A DNA stretch of 64,000 bases from Octopus vulgaris (taxonomy: Eukaryota): positions 5,146,001-5,210,000 of the forward strand of contig OX597825.1 in NCBI GenBank assembly GCA_951406725.2, written 5' to 3'. Below, one piece after another: positions 1 through 13,133 of this stretch (position 1 is the stretch's first letter; the number at the start of each line of letters is the position of its first letter). The position numbers and the translations under genes were made by a program. The notes below the pieces were generated by a model. That model was given only the letters and a program-made list of their open reading frames with translations, ran no database searches and was not told the origin of the DNA.

Positions 1-284
1 AGAATGCGTATTCAGTCGCAACACCACCACAGTTTTCACTGTTCGCCATAACATTCTCATACATAGAAGAATTCTCAAACTGTTTTCGCTTTAAATCTCA
101 TGGAAACGATGAACATGAAGCCACACTGAAGAAATACATGCACGAGTTCAGACAAAAACGGCAGAAACAAACACATTGGAACTCCTTCTACTTTTCTCCT
201 TTCTACTTCTTTTTTTTTTGTACATGTACTCCACGTTCCAACGGACTCACCTGCACACAAATACAGTCATGCAGAGAGAAAAAC

Positions 285-386
<102 letters not shown>

Positions 387-663
387 ATGTAGTGAATTGT
401 AATGTGATTATATATGATTAAGCATATGAATTTAGATTTCAGTGTATATATTGTTTCAATATGCTCTGACTCTCAAAGAGAGAAAGTACGTTTTTATATA
501 TCTATATATGTGTATATTTACGCATTTATATTTATGCATGCATAGATTTATATCTATATACTTATGTGTGTATCTGGTATATCTAACTATATGCATCTGC
601 CGAGCGTTCTCAAGAGAGAGAATGAGTAAGAGAGATACATACACTCATACATACATACATACA

Positions 664-695
<32 letters not shown>

Positions 696-929
696 ATATA
701 TCTATTATGAATGTGTGTGTATGTGTGTATATTTATGTACACACTTGGGTATTCGGGCAATTTTAAATGTTAGATATTAAATTAATTTAGTATTTCTATG
801 TATATCAGACTCAATCTGTAAAGAAAGTCGAGCAGTCTAATATATATATATATATATATATAATTGATATTTAAGCAGAAATTGTCTGCTGTAGTACTTT
901 TGATAAATGTAGTTCACATTATTCAGCTA

Positions 930-1745
930 AACGTCGTCGATCTGTAGATGACTTGCGGCCTAAAATATTTACTGTGATTCTGAGAAGGCACATTGGAATT
1001 GGTCGGTTTTATTATCACAGTAGTCAGAAATATAAGCATAGTGAACTTCTTAGACATTATATCAGACCTAAAAACAGATATAAATCAGCACTCAAGAAAC
1101 CAAGCGAAAAGCTTTTGCGTATCGGAAAGTGTCCCAGTCACATATTATGCTTGTAATGTTGGTAAAGTAGGTAAACGGACCTTTAATATATTGTTGCAAC
1201 TTTTTATGAACACCCGTTATTATAATAATGTGGTATTAAAAAAAGAAATTAAGGGGAAAGCGTTTGAATAAGCTTAGAGAATGAAACATAAGCTGTCTAG
1301 TTCAATCTTAAATCCAGCTTAAATCCAATTTAAAAATGAAGTCAGAGCAAGAAATTTCTTAGCTCTAATTAACAAACACTTCTCAATCAGCCCATCAGTA
1401 CCACTCTTGAATTAATTGAAATAAGATCAAATTTAGCTGCAGCTGCACAAAAATTATTGTTAATATTATAATGAATAAACGTTGAGGTGGTCTATTGAAT
1501 AAACACTCCAGAAATCAGCACAGCGATAACCATAAAATGTTTGTCCTGTTACGGTAAATATCTGACCACAGCTATCGTTTTCGGAGTCAATTTGAAAATC
1601 TTAAAAGAGTAGTAAAACGACTGAAAGGTGAGGCATTGCTGCTTCCGAGGGAACGTTTAAAAGCTGTTTTCTAAAACTTAAATTTATTTTCAAAAGCAAA
1701 GGATGAAAGCAAAATTCCAGTAGTAAGAACCACGCCACCTCCAGC
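930..1745 (+). mobile_element. Decayed Penelope-like retroelement (C-terminal part of RT plus start of a GIY-YIG endonuclease), with frameshifts and stops
   Basis: Translated patches 'GFIITVVRNISIVNFLDIISDLKTD' (993-1080), 'KKPSEKLL', 'ARNFLALINKHF' (~1345-1382), 'CPVT' (~1538) and 'GIAASEGTFKS' (~1633) occur in the order I recall for PLE motifs: VNFLDVTLDL / YRKPN / FLxLIDKHF / CPL / YIGxxExxFK. Confidence 0.65.
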
Positions 1746-1769
1746 AATATCAATAACATCTTCTAATGT

Positions 1770-2442
1770 GGTAACTCGATTTGCTAGAAATAGAAGTAAG
1801 ATTTCCCTCAAATATCTTTGCCGTGATACTCGATGATATAGTCTGCACATCAGCGTTTCCCTGACGCTTGGCCTGCAGATCTGTGCGCCTCATGAATGTC
1901 ACTGCGGATCCACTATGGATTCTTTCGGACTCCACCCACAGTCATGCGGTTACAATGCGGGCCGTCCTTAACAAGATCGTCAATCATGGCCTAGACGTTG
2001 CAGGCTTCCCTTCCCACCTCAAGCCAGTGAGGTTAGACCGAGGGGACGGTAAAAGGCCGGACGGTATGACAGTTTTCACGTTCCATAGTGGCATACCCCT
2101 CATATGGGATGTCAGATGCTGTGATATCTTCTCCAGCAGCAACTTTGCGTACTCAGCCACAAGTCCAGGCTCCGCTGCTCATCAGGCTGAGAAAAGCAAA
2201 CTGTCAAAGTATCAGTCGCTCTCCGATAAGTTTATGGTCGAACCCATGGCAGTGGAGACCTTCGGCTCTCTTGGCACCCAGACTATATCTCTGCTCATCG
2301 TTATCAGGGCGTGGATAGCCGTCCGCAAGTGTGAACCCCGTGAGTCAGAGTGGCTGTTGTAGTGCATTTCCCTCGCCACCTTCCAAGACAACGCCTTTTC
2401 CATTTTGTCTGCTGGGGCCATGAAAAATGTTTCCTAATAAAG
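1770..2442 (+). mobile_element. 3' fragment of a CRE-clade-like non-LTR retrotransposon (zinc knuckle plus restriction-like endonuclease)
   Basis: One frame reads LGLQICAPHECHCGSTMDSFGLHPQSCGYNAGR (CCHC knuckle). After a frameshift it reads LNKIVNHGL...LDRGDGKRPDG...LIWDV...AEKSKLSKY...PMAVETFGSLG...*CISLATFQDNAFSIL, the RPD..D..E..K..KY endonuclease signature. Ends near TAATAAAA at ~2436. Confidence 0.8.
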
Positions 2443-2879
2443 GTATGTTAAAAACCGATGCTATTTATACTTCAAAGTTTTATGTAGTCCTATATATTAT
2501 TCTAGGAAAATAGAAACCAAATGCTCACGACTAGAATACTTTTGATAATAGATCGAAACAACACAGACAGCCATTGAGATAAGCAACAAAACTAAAAACT
2601 ACAAGAAGTGATATTTTAGTTTGATGTCGCTCACACATTTATTGAGAAATATTTGGACAATTGACTCAACATCTTGTATATAATTGTATTATTCTTTTAT
2701 CTATGCTAGACAAATGAAAATCTAAATTGCCACCAGTGATGAACAATTTTATCACATTGTCAACAATATCAGAATTATCTTGTCGAGTTGTCTCTGACTT
2801 TTTGCGAATCACACTTGTTTTTCTTAGCAAACTGACGTCTAAATTCGCCATATCTATAGACGTTAGCTTCAAAACACTT

Positions 2880-3045
2880 ATCTTTCACTCGTTGCAGTCA
2901 TTGGACTGAGGCCATGCTGGAGTGCCACTTTGAAGTGTTTACTCGAACCTGGTAGATAATTTTCAATCTGAACTGTTACTGAGAGATAAACAAACCAACA
3001 TTTGTCAAACTGTGGGGGACAAGCACAGAAAGGGACAAACACACA

Positions 3046-3096
<51 letters not shown>

Positions 3097-3195
3097 CAGG
3101 CTTCCATTCAGTTTCCATCGACATAATTCATTCGCAATGCTTAGTCGACTCGGCGCTATAGTAGAAGACAAATTGCCCAAGATGATGTGTGGTAA
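2880..3195 (-). mobile_element. Diverged SINE family A copy
   Basis: Reverse complement of the family A tail (cagtcattggactgaggccatgctggag) and core (gctatagtagaagacaaattgcccaag), with an internal (GT)n tract. Confidence 0.75.
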
Positions 3196-3964
3196 GCCCA
3201 CACCCGAGACTATACAGTCATACCTGCCCCCACTTCTGGGATTTGATGATCCTGGCCGTTTACTCGATAGAATTTCCACTGACCCCCACCGTCTGGGCAA
3301 GGCCATTATCAGTCGATGACTTTCGCCGAGGTTATACATCCACCGTGCAGTTCCAAAAGATTTCACTAGCTATCGGGTCCTATGACGTCTTACGAGAGTA
3401 AATCATATTTGGTGCAGAACGGGTCCAGTCATTATTTGCTTTTAATATATATATATATAAAGACCGTTCCCCTATCTACCATCTGAGGACCCAAAAGCCA
3501 TAGCTACGAACTAGCAGTATTTAACACATTTAAAGGCTTTTATGGGGTTTTTTCCAGGAGGACCTTCAAGCGCTTCCTCCTAATGGGAGTTTAATTTTGT
3601 TTAAATTTTCGTTGTTTTTAATCATCTTTACTTGATTCGAAAACCCGTTCTATCGTCTTCCGTTGTTGTATATGTCTGTGTCGTGTAATTTTATGTATCT
3701 ATATATTAGCCCTTGTGGCCAATAAAATATATAATTATTATCCTGAATATAGTTATATATGTACCCGCATGCGCGCATGTGTACTGGTATGCACTTTTAT
3801 ACACACAAATACACACGCACACATGCGCATATATACATACGTCAGTGTACGTGGGTGTTTCGGCATATTCACCTGCGCCTAAATATATTATGTACTTCAG
3901 CTATTTCATATATAGGTATTAATCCACATTTTTATACCTTTTATTTTTTCAATTACCTTTCTGT

Positions 3965-4016
3965 TTCATCATCATCATCATCATCATCTTCATCATCATC
4001 CTCATCATCATCATCC

Positions 4017-4055
<39 letters not shown>

Positions 4056-4070
4056 ACATTTTCATCATCG
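3965..4070. repeat. (CAT)n microsatellite
   Basis: Direct reading. Confidence 0.95.
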
Positions 4071-4118
4071 CTTTTAAAATCATTCCCAAGCTTTATGAAA
4101 TACTATTAGTATCACTAG

Positions 4119-4367
4119 TGGAGGCACGTGGCTTAGTGGTAAGGGTGTTGAACTCATGATCGTAAGGTTGTGGTTTCGATTCCTGGACTGGGCAATGCGT
4201 TGTGTTCTTGAGCAAAGCACTTCATTTTCACGTTGCTCCAGTCCACCCAGCTGGCAAAAATGTGTAATCCTGCGACGGACCGGTGTCTCGTCCAGGTGGG
4301 GAATTTCCATGCCACTAAAACCGGAAAACCGGCCCTTATGAGCCTGGCATGGCTCGAGAAGGAACAT
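4119..4367 (+). mobile_element. tRNA-derived SINE, family C
   Basis: A box TGGCTTAGTGG and B box GTTTCGATTCC. The 3' part 'cctgcgacggaccggtgtctcgtccaggtgggg...ggcccttatgagcctggcatggctcgagaaggaac' is shared with the copy at 61824-62115. Confidence 0.8.
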
Positions 4368-4894
4368 TTATTATTTATTAGTATCAATACAGTTTATCCT
4401 GCAAATAATCACAGAATTCACAACCCTAACACAATGCAGTGAACCCGGACATACTTGCGAACGAAATAAACCATGTCCAAACTCACTAAAAATGCTTAGA
4501 ATATTTTATTCTGCTAGTTTAACCATTTTCTCTTGGACAGATATCACCAGAAGATATTTACATATATGTATGTGTGCGTTTATACGTGCATGTGTATGTT
4601 TGTGTGGACGTCAACCTAAACTCCGCTCATTTGATATATGTGTATGTGTGCGATATAAGTACATGGTTAGTCAACAAGGTTAATGGTTAGTACAGAGTTC
4701 AGTTTATATAGGTGTAAGCTGCACTCAACATTTGAGCCCAGGGAATGGATGGAAAGCTAATGTAATTCGAGACCAAAAGAAAATAAAAGACTAGCAGCAA
4801 TTTATATTCCTAAACCGTGAATTCTTCGGCTAACATCCACATATCAGTGTGTATGTGTGTGTGTATGTGTGTGAGCGTGTGTGTGTGTGTGATA

Positions 4895-5230
4895 AGATGA
4901 AGATTGCTTCCCAACCACATGGTTCCAGGTTCAGTCCACTGCATGGAACCTGGAGAAGTGACTTCCTGTCCTCTACTATAGCCTCGGGCCGACCAACGTC
5001 TTGCGGGTGGATTTGGTAGACGGAAACTGAAAGAAGTCCGTTTTGTATATACATATGTATATATACCGTTTGGTCCTCGTATCTTAGTGGTTCAGCAGAA
5101 GAGACCGAAAGCTTAAGAAGTATGAGGCCTTGAAAAAATATAAGCCCTGGGTTCGATTCGTTCGACTAAAACCCTTCAATGCGATGTCCCAGCATGGCTG
5201 AAGTCAAATGAGTGAAACAAGTAGAAAAAG
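4895..5230 (+). mobile_element. Diverged, internally deleted SINE family A copy
   Basis: Matches 5827-6229 in head (ccaaccacatggttccaggttcagtcc), core (ctactatagcctcgggccgacc) and tail (cccagcatggctgaagtcaaatgagtgaaaca). Confidence 0.8.
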
Positions 5231-5826
5231 AATTTTAAAATGTATCTTTTTTTTCTGGAACAGTGAATCTCGATAGAACTATAAATTATAGCCTGTAAAT
5301 ATTAGGTTTAAAATGCACTTTTAGACAAGACGGGTTCGAAATCTTCCCGTGTGAAACGAACCCAGACCTCTTGTAAAAGTGATAGGCGTTCTACTGCTGG
5401 ACCAAAGTAGTTCATTCTTAGCAGCGAGAATAGTATGTTGCTGACCTCAAGAATTTATAATCTTCCAGAGAACGTGAAATAGACTTTTCTTTTTAACAAT
5501 AGATCTCGATGTAGATAAAATTTATCAATAATACCTCACTAACAATTTCATGCAGAAAGCTTTAGTCTACCCTTAAATATATTTAGTTACGGGTGCAGCA
5601 AAACTCTGCGTTAGTCCTATTGCACGACAGTAAGATTGCCGCAGTTAGGAATTGAACCCAAAACCACGTGGCTACTAAGCGAACTTCTTAACCACACGGC
5701 CTAGTAACATCTATTAATGATTAACATTTTTGTGTACTCAACGTGCAGTGGAAACGAGCTGAAAAGTATTCTAAGTAATTACAGGTATGATTTATATACG
5801 CATGTGTGCTTGTAAGCATGTATATA

Positions 5827-6229
5827 GGCGCAGGAGTGGTTGTGTGGTAAGTAGCTTGCCTACCAACCACATGGTTCTGGGTTCAGTCCCACTGCGTAGC
5901 ATCTTGGGCAAGTGTCTTCTGCTATAGCCTCGGGCCGACCAATGCCTTGTGAGTGGATTTGGTAGAGGGAAACTGAAAGAAGCCTGTCGTATATATGTAT
6001 ATATATATATATGTGTGTGTGTGTATGTCTGTGTGTCTGTGTTTGTTCCCCTAGCATTGCTTGACAACCGATGTTGGTGTGTTTACGTCCCCGTCACTTA
6101 GCGGTTCGGCAAAAGAGACCGATAGAATAAGTACTGGGCTTACAAAGAATAAGTCCCGGGGTCGATTTGCTCGACTAAAGGCGGTGCTCCAGCATGGTCG
6201 CAGTCAAATGACTGAAACACGTAAAGAGT
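5827..6229 (+). mobile_element. Full-length tRNA-derived SINE, family A (internal (TA)/(GT) tract, LINE-like 3' tail)
   Basis: Starts GGCGCAGGAGTGGTTGTGTGG (A box), B-box-like GGTTCAGTCCC, ends GCGGTGCTCCAGCATGGTCGCAGTCAAATGACTGAAACA. Close copies at 16588, 20992, 41951 and 63071. Confidence 0.9.
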
Positions 6230-7187
6230 ATATACAAATGTGTTTGTGTGTGCGTGTATTTATATGTACGTATGTATGTATGAACACGAAGAGTTTGAAC
6301 CCGAATACAGGCTCGAATCACAAACGAGCATGAGGCACTTTCAAATCCAAATTCATTTACTTACACAAGCCATTCATATTATCAGTATTTGTTTGTCACA
6401 AAATACGAATGACCCAAGGGAAAACTAATAACCAGAAAAGCGTTAGGATGCAATAAGACTAAAACGCCAGATTAATTGCTTTACTGTATTTTGTTGTCTG
6501 GTTTTCTGAGTGCAAACTGGTCCTTTGTCTTTTATGTCGTTGATTATAAACACCAGCCTTGTACTAGAGTCGACTCTATTAACTAAAGCTCTCCCCTAAG
6601 AATTCCTGGCTTTACATCAATGTATGTAATCAATATTCTTTGGATATATTTTCGAAAAAATACATAAAATTGCACTAGTAATTAGATTTGACTGCATAAA
6701 AAGAAAAGCTTCATCCGGGATTGAGTAATTGAGTATGATGTAAATCCTTAAGTACGAGTTGTGTTCGTCGTTGTCTTTCTCTTGCTTCGATATCAATAGA
6801 CTCTGAAAATACACTCTAATCGTGTGTCTTCTAGTATTGATATTTGATCGAAAGTTGTAACTGCATCACTTACATCCACCTGCTGCTGCTGCTGCTGCTG
6901 CTGCTCGCGATTATTAAATGGAAAACCAGAGCCTGGATATATGGTGTGGAGGGAAATGAAAAGTGCTTATACTCTTGTGTGTGTGTGTGTGTGTGTTTAT
7001 GTGTGTGTGTAAGTGTGTGTGTATATGTATGTATATATATGTGCGTGTGTGTGTGTATGTATGTATATGTATATGTAGTATATATATGAGTGTGTGTATA
7101 TACGCATACATATATGTATATGTATTTATGTGTATATATGTGTGTGTATGTATGTTTATGCATGTATATTATATATATATATATATG

Positions 7188-7240
<53 letters not shown>

Positions 7241-7486
7241 TTCCTATGTACGTTTTTCCTCTAAAATTGGTTATAAATAAATTAAAATTAATGAGAGTAG
7301 AAAGATATAATTTTAATGTAACATTTATAACAACAGAAACGGTTATCACACAATATGGCCGCCCCCTTAGGCAGTTACTATCTTAACATGAGAACGATAT
7401 TTTCTTTTTTTTTTGCAGCTGCCACAACCTTCCGCTTCTCTTTTCTTTTACTTTGCGTGTTGCAGGTACGATGCAGGTCTTCAAAC

Positions 7487-7663
7487 TGCTATTTCTAAAT
7501 TTCAGTATGTGGTGAGGCAAATTTTGCTGAACCCTAACAATAATTGTACTCATAGTTATAGAATTTTTGTAGAAGATTACCGATAATGGTTCTTTTAACA
7601 TACCCAACTACCTGGTAAAATTATTATCAATTAATTAATTAATTTTACCCTTTATTATCATTG

Positions 7664-7665
<2 letters not shown>
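7487..7665 (+). mobile_element. Short interspersed repeat, same family as 42729-42905
   Basis: 'ctgctatttctaaatttcagtatgtggtga...ttaccgataatggttcttttaacata...ttaattttaccctttattat' is shared between the two loci; both abut TA/TTA tracts. Confidence 0.75.
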
Positions 7666-7721
<56 letters not shown>

Positions 7722-9039
7722 CAGCAAAATTTAAATTCAGATGAATATGGTACTTAAGTCAAAGGCACCAGAATTTTGTATGGTATTATCCATATAAATC
7801 AAATGGAGTGATTATAATCAAAATAAGCAACAAGTATATCCAAGGTAGAGTAGTACAATTGTTTCATGCTACTTCATTTTATTAAACACTGTAAGTATTA
7901 CATCAGTTTTAAAATGTCGAGCAATCTTCAGCCACATATAGAATTTCCCAATCAAACGGACAATGCACATTCTTATCGCTATTTCGTTTGCCAACATTAT
8001 AAAGAGGGTAGATATACAGACAGAGAGGTTGCTTTCATATATATATATATATATATACACCACATTAATATACTAAATCACAAATAACAGACAGTATACA
8101 CTTTATATGAAACTCACGCGGTGACAAACTATAATATTGGCACAGGGCCAGAGGCCTTTAATGTGGGTGTGTTGTCGGCCTCAATTCATAAGCGTTATTT
8201 TATGAACGACCCTCGAAAGGTGAAACGCAAAACCTCTAAATATTCATGGATATATATGCCGCCTGTGGTTTAAGATAGATATGTGAATGCGTGTATGAAA
8301 AATAAAATTTGCCTCTTTGTTACTATTTTGAGTAATAATTTTCAGAGTGTCATGTTTTAGAACGTTTTAAGTGGTTTAGACTTGCAGTAAACTGAATCAA
8401 TTTAGTTTCGACAGATGGCAGTACATTTCCTAAACCCATTATTGTCTTTTCTGTCTCAGGTTCTAAATAAATATAACTTACATCATTTAGTATAAAAGTG
8501 TGATTATATATATATATATATGTGTGTGTGTCTATTTATATATATATATATATATATGTAATGAGCATTTGCATTAACTCCACACCATGGTTCTAAGGAC
8601 TTAATATTGTATACAATTTATAGAATCGCATAAGTTTCTAATATTATTTCATCAGATTGGCACAGCTCCAAGTATTCTTCCTGTCCTACAAACCTGGTAG
8701 CAGATCAGATAATAGCAAGTGAGAGCATGTAATCTTCGTTTATATTAGTTTATACCGTTCTTCTTTATATTCTTCGTCTGGCTAAAGAACATTTAAGATC
8801 AGAGAAACTGTTTGTAATCTAATAAGTAAAGACACAAATGTACTGGACAAGATTTTGTGAGATTTTTGTTGTATAATCTATAAACGGAAAAATTTGGCTT
8901 CTTCAAATGTATAAAGTATCTTATTGTATTGCAGAATAATGGCGGGATAAATATAAAATAACGGTCAATAAAGACCAGAATTCTTCCTTTATTACATTTG
9001 AAACTATCGCGTTCCCTGAAACAATGCAACAATGGAGGA

Positions 9040-9120
<81 letters not shown>

Positions 9121-9159
9121 TGTATGTATGTATGTATGTATGTATGTATGTGTGTGTGT

Positions 9160-9204
<45 letters not shown>

Positions 9205-9205
<1 letters not shown>

Positions 9206-9420
9206 TCTTTTATTCATTTACTTGTGATAATAATTTGACTGCAGCCACGATGGAGCACCACCATTAGTCGAACAAATCGACCCCAGGTCTTTGCAAGGCT
9301 AATAATTATTTTATGGTTCTCTTTTGCTTAACCCTTTATTTACGGGGACATAAACACACCAAGATCGGTTGTCAAGGAATGGTGGTGGTAGAAACGTAAA
9401 CACACAAATACACCCCGCCC

Positions 9421-9511
<91 letters not shown>

Positions 9512-9600
9512 GACGGGCTTCTTTCATGTCCTGTCTACCAAATCCACTCACATGGCTTTGGTTGGCCCGAGGCTATAGTAGAAGTCATTTGCAACTTGTA
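9205..9600 (-). mobile_element. Partial SINE family A copy with expanded (TA)n, followed by (GATA)n to ~9717
   Basis: Reverse-complement tail (tttgactgcagccacgatggagcacc) and core (ggcccgaggctatagtagaag). Confidence 0.75.
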
Positions 9601-9614
9601 TGGATGGATGGATG

Positions 9615-9717
<103 letters not shown>

Positions 9718-9863
9718 GTTTCCCGACCAAAGCCATCGACAATACGTTCCAGTGCCACGCATACAAATCCATCTTATATGTAGCATATACCTAGGATCAT
9801 ACAAATGTAATAAAGTGAGGTTGAAAGACTTCGGTTAACTTGGGTTATCTCAGCAATTATTAG

Positions 9864-9974
9864 AATGGAACTCCCTTAGAAGATTTGAAAATGTATGAAA
9901 AGTCAATGGAAAAATTTGGGGAAAATAACGATGAAGATTTCATATTTGCGTACTTATATGAGGATCCAACATGT
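9864..9974 (+). other. Candidate coding exon (NGTPLEDLKMYEKSMEKFGENNDEDFIFAYLYEDPTC), product unknown
   Basis: TTATTAG acceptor, 111 nt open phase 0-0 frame of non-repetitive sequence, GTGAGT donor at 9975. No family recognised. Confidence 0.3.
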
Positions 9975-10387
9975 GTGAGTACAAGTCTATTATGTGTGCA
10001 AGTCTGTTTGTATATATGTGTGGATGTTTCTCTCTCTCTTTCTCCTTGTGTGTGTGTGTGTGTGTGTAGAAAAGAAACGTTCATCATTCTAGTTTGTTTC
10101 TATGGTATGAAAAGACCATTATTCCTCATTACAAAATACGATTCTTTAATCTATACTACACAACTATGTATCTATATTATGTATGACTTTATCTTGCAGT
10201 ATTACCATAATATTTGTCGATGCAAGTAGCTGTTATGCGACAGCTATTGTCCTGTTCGATTGAGTCAGACTTCCACTTAATAAAACACATAAAAAAAACC
10301 ACTCTCAATAATAAAGCTGCAAAAAAGAATACAACGAAAGCAAAGAATAAAGAACTAAAAATGTTATTTGCTGTCTGTGATTTATAT

Positions 10388-10865
10388 TTGTCGATGTTGA
10401 ATTCCTTTGCACTCTTTTACACTTGATTGTTGTCGCTATCAGCAATCTACGGTTGCCTTGACGAAACGACTGACGAATATGTTTACGAGAGAAAAATGTT
10501 GTTCTCGGAAATCCAACAGGATTAAGGCCAAGAAATGCAGAGAAAACAACTGTACAATAAAGATATTTTGTTTTCACTCTTCTTGTAAAAAAAAGAAAAC
10601 AAATTAAAGGCATTTCTATAATATCTTTATCTACTTTAGTTCGTTATTTTTGGGGGAATTTTTCTTAAGGAGATGTTTAAAGAAAATATATTTTGTGTAC
10701 ATGTGTGTGTTTTTGTATGTGTGCTTGTGAGCAATTAAATTATGCATGCGTGTAATAACAATAAGCTTAATCCTTAAATCGGAGTCAGAATATCATAAAA
10801 TCTGATGCTGCAAAAACCAATGAAATAAAAGACCTTCTATACGTATACTGTTACATACATAAACA
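10388..10865 (+). repeat. Copy 1 of a diverged local duplication (copy 2 at 14465-14980); resembles a terminal exon plus 3' UTR
   Basis: Colinear blocks in both copies: tgtcgatgttgaatt / tcagcaat / gtttacgagaga.aaatgttg.tctcg / gatgtttaa.gaaaata / aataaaaga. Confidence 0.7.
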
Positions 10866-11045
10866 CACACTTACCTACGCAGACATGCACATACATGAGA
10901 GTGTGTATATATGTACCTCTAAATATTTCTTATATACACACTTATGCAATTATAAATATGTACATCTGTCTATTATCTATCTCTCAGTCTATCAATTCAT
11001 CTATCCATGTGTGTGTGTGTGTGTGTGTGTCTGTGTGTGTATGTA

Positions 11046-11077
<32 letters not shown>

Positions 11078-11247
11078 TGTGTGTGTGTGTGTGTGAGCAT
11101 GTATGTAAGCACGTATACCTTATTTATTGAAACATTGGAACATTCATACAAAATCAGCGATTCTCTATGTATGAAAGTATATATATATATATATATATAT
11201 ATACATGTGTGTGTGTGTGTGTATACATATATAAATGTATTTATATA

Positions 11248-11319
<72 letters not shown>

Positions 11320-11337
11320 CATATATATGTATAAATG

Positions 11338-11368
<31 letters not shown>

Positions 11369-11441
11369 GAGTGTGTTAGTGTATATATATATGTGTATAA
11401 ATGTGTGTGTGTGCGGGTGTGTGCGTGTAGAGGCAGATAGC

Positions 11442-11525
<84 letters not shown>

Positions 11526-12331
11526 TAAAAAGATGGATGGATGGCTGGGTGGATATGTAAACCGTACATATATCTATAAAAACCTTTATTTCATTGACCT
11601 TTACGACTTCCAGTTTACATGACTTACTCCTTCGATATAAAGAAAGCCTATAGGTATTTATATTATACGGTATTTGTTCAGATTCTTCAAGTTCTAAGAT
11701 CGCTTTCGACAACTCTGACACGAAGCAGTCTTGGACCAAGCCTTTGACTTTCACTTTGACAAATCGGTGAACGAGGAAAGCCTTCAAACAGAAAATTGTT
11801 AAACCTGATGATAATTTCTCTACACCGTTAAAATTCAAACATTTTCAAACCTACATCGGCAATCTACTCAAGCATTTTTTTTTGCAACTTTTACTCTTGC
11901 TAACATTTAAAAACTGATTTTTTAGATCGAAATATAGTGAAAGACTAACAGTAATTACCAGTTTAATGTAATTGCATGCAAACATTTCGACAAAAACGAT
12001 TTGAGCACAGAACCAAAAATATTTCAGCAAACTTAAACAAAGATAGGCCACCACGGAGTGCATGATATTTAGTTCACAATTTGTTACGATATCTAGATTA
12101 GCGAAATTGAGCTACATAATAAGTATGGAACAGACTTGAAGAAATCAGAAAAATATATTTAGCAAAGACATGCACAAAATATTTGTTTGCAACAAAGCAT
12201 TATTTGCAAACCAAACTCAAGAGAAATTCTTCAGCTCGCTTCAGAAAACAAAATATTCAGTAGTTATTGCATTCTTTTGAGCATATGGGTGCGCGCGCAG
12301 TAGCGTACTTTTCTGAGCTTGTGCGTGTATT

Positions 12332-12368
<37 letters not shown>

Positions 12369-12429
12369 CATATATGCAAGAGTACATACATACATCTGCA
12401 TACATACATATATTTGTATATACATGTAT

Positions 12430-12690
12430 GCACAGCACGTAAAAAACGTAAACAACAAGAAATACGAAAACATGGAAAACGAAATTTTTTTACGAACAAT
12501 GAAAGAAGCAAGTGGAAAAACAAGACAGGCATCATAAAAAACAACCCTTCATCAGTTGTCGGCTGTTTTATCTACTCCGCATTTCGAGCATTACGACAAG
12601 ATGCGTCTTCGTCAAAACAGTTGCTCTCGCAAAGCAAATTAGATAAAATTTGAGATTTGCGGAGGATCAAAGTTGGCAACAAAAATTGGA
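12430..12690 (-). mobile_element. Short interspersed repeat, same family as 50388-50650, with a decayed hammerhead-like core
   Basis: Shared 'cttcatcagttgtc..ctgttt.atctactccgc.tttcga' and 'caaatta.ataaaattt...tttgcggagg..aaagt'; flanked by TA/ACAT tracts. Confidence 0.7.
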
Positions 12691-12728
12691 CAGTGAAAAC
12701 AATACATACATATACACATATACATACG

Positions 12729-12761
<33 letters not shown>

Positions 12762-12924
12762 CATACATACATATATACATCATACATACATTCATATACA
12801 CATATGTATGTATGCATACATACATACATACGTATATACATACATACATCATACATACATACATCATACATACATTCATATACACATATTTATGTATATA
12901 TGCATACATACATACATACATACA

Positions 12925-12956
<32 letters not shown>

Positions 12957-13092
12957 CATAGATATGTGTGTGTATGAGTGTGCATTCGTTTAAGCATACT
13001 GATACTATATGAATATATCTATAAAGACATACATGTCTACATATGTATGTTTGTTTGTATAAGTATGCACTTCTGTATGTATGTGGTAGTGA

Positions 13093-13133
<41 letters not shown>

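Noticed and set aside
3486-3550. CTGAGGA followed by the stem CCCA-AAAGCC/GGCTTT-ta-TGGG as a hammerhead
   Set aside because: No GAAA or NUH follows the stem.
4119-4190. tRNA gene calls for the A/B-box segments (also 5340-5410, 41580-41650, 57760-57833, 62045-62115)
   Set aside because: Acceptor and T stems do not pair fully, and each runs into a repeat body; they are SINE heads.
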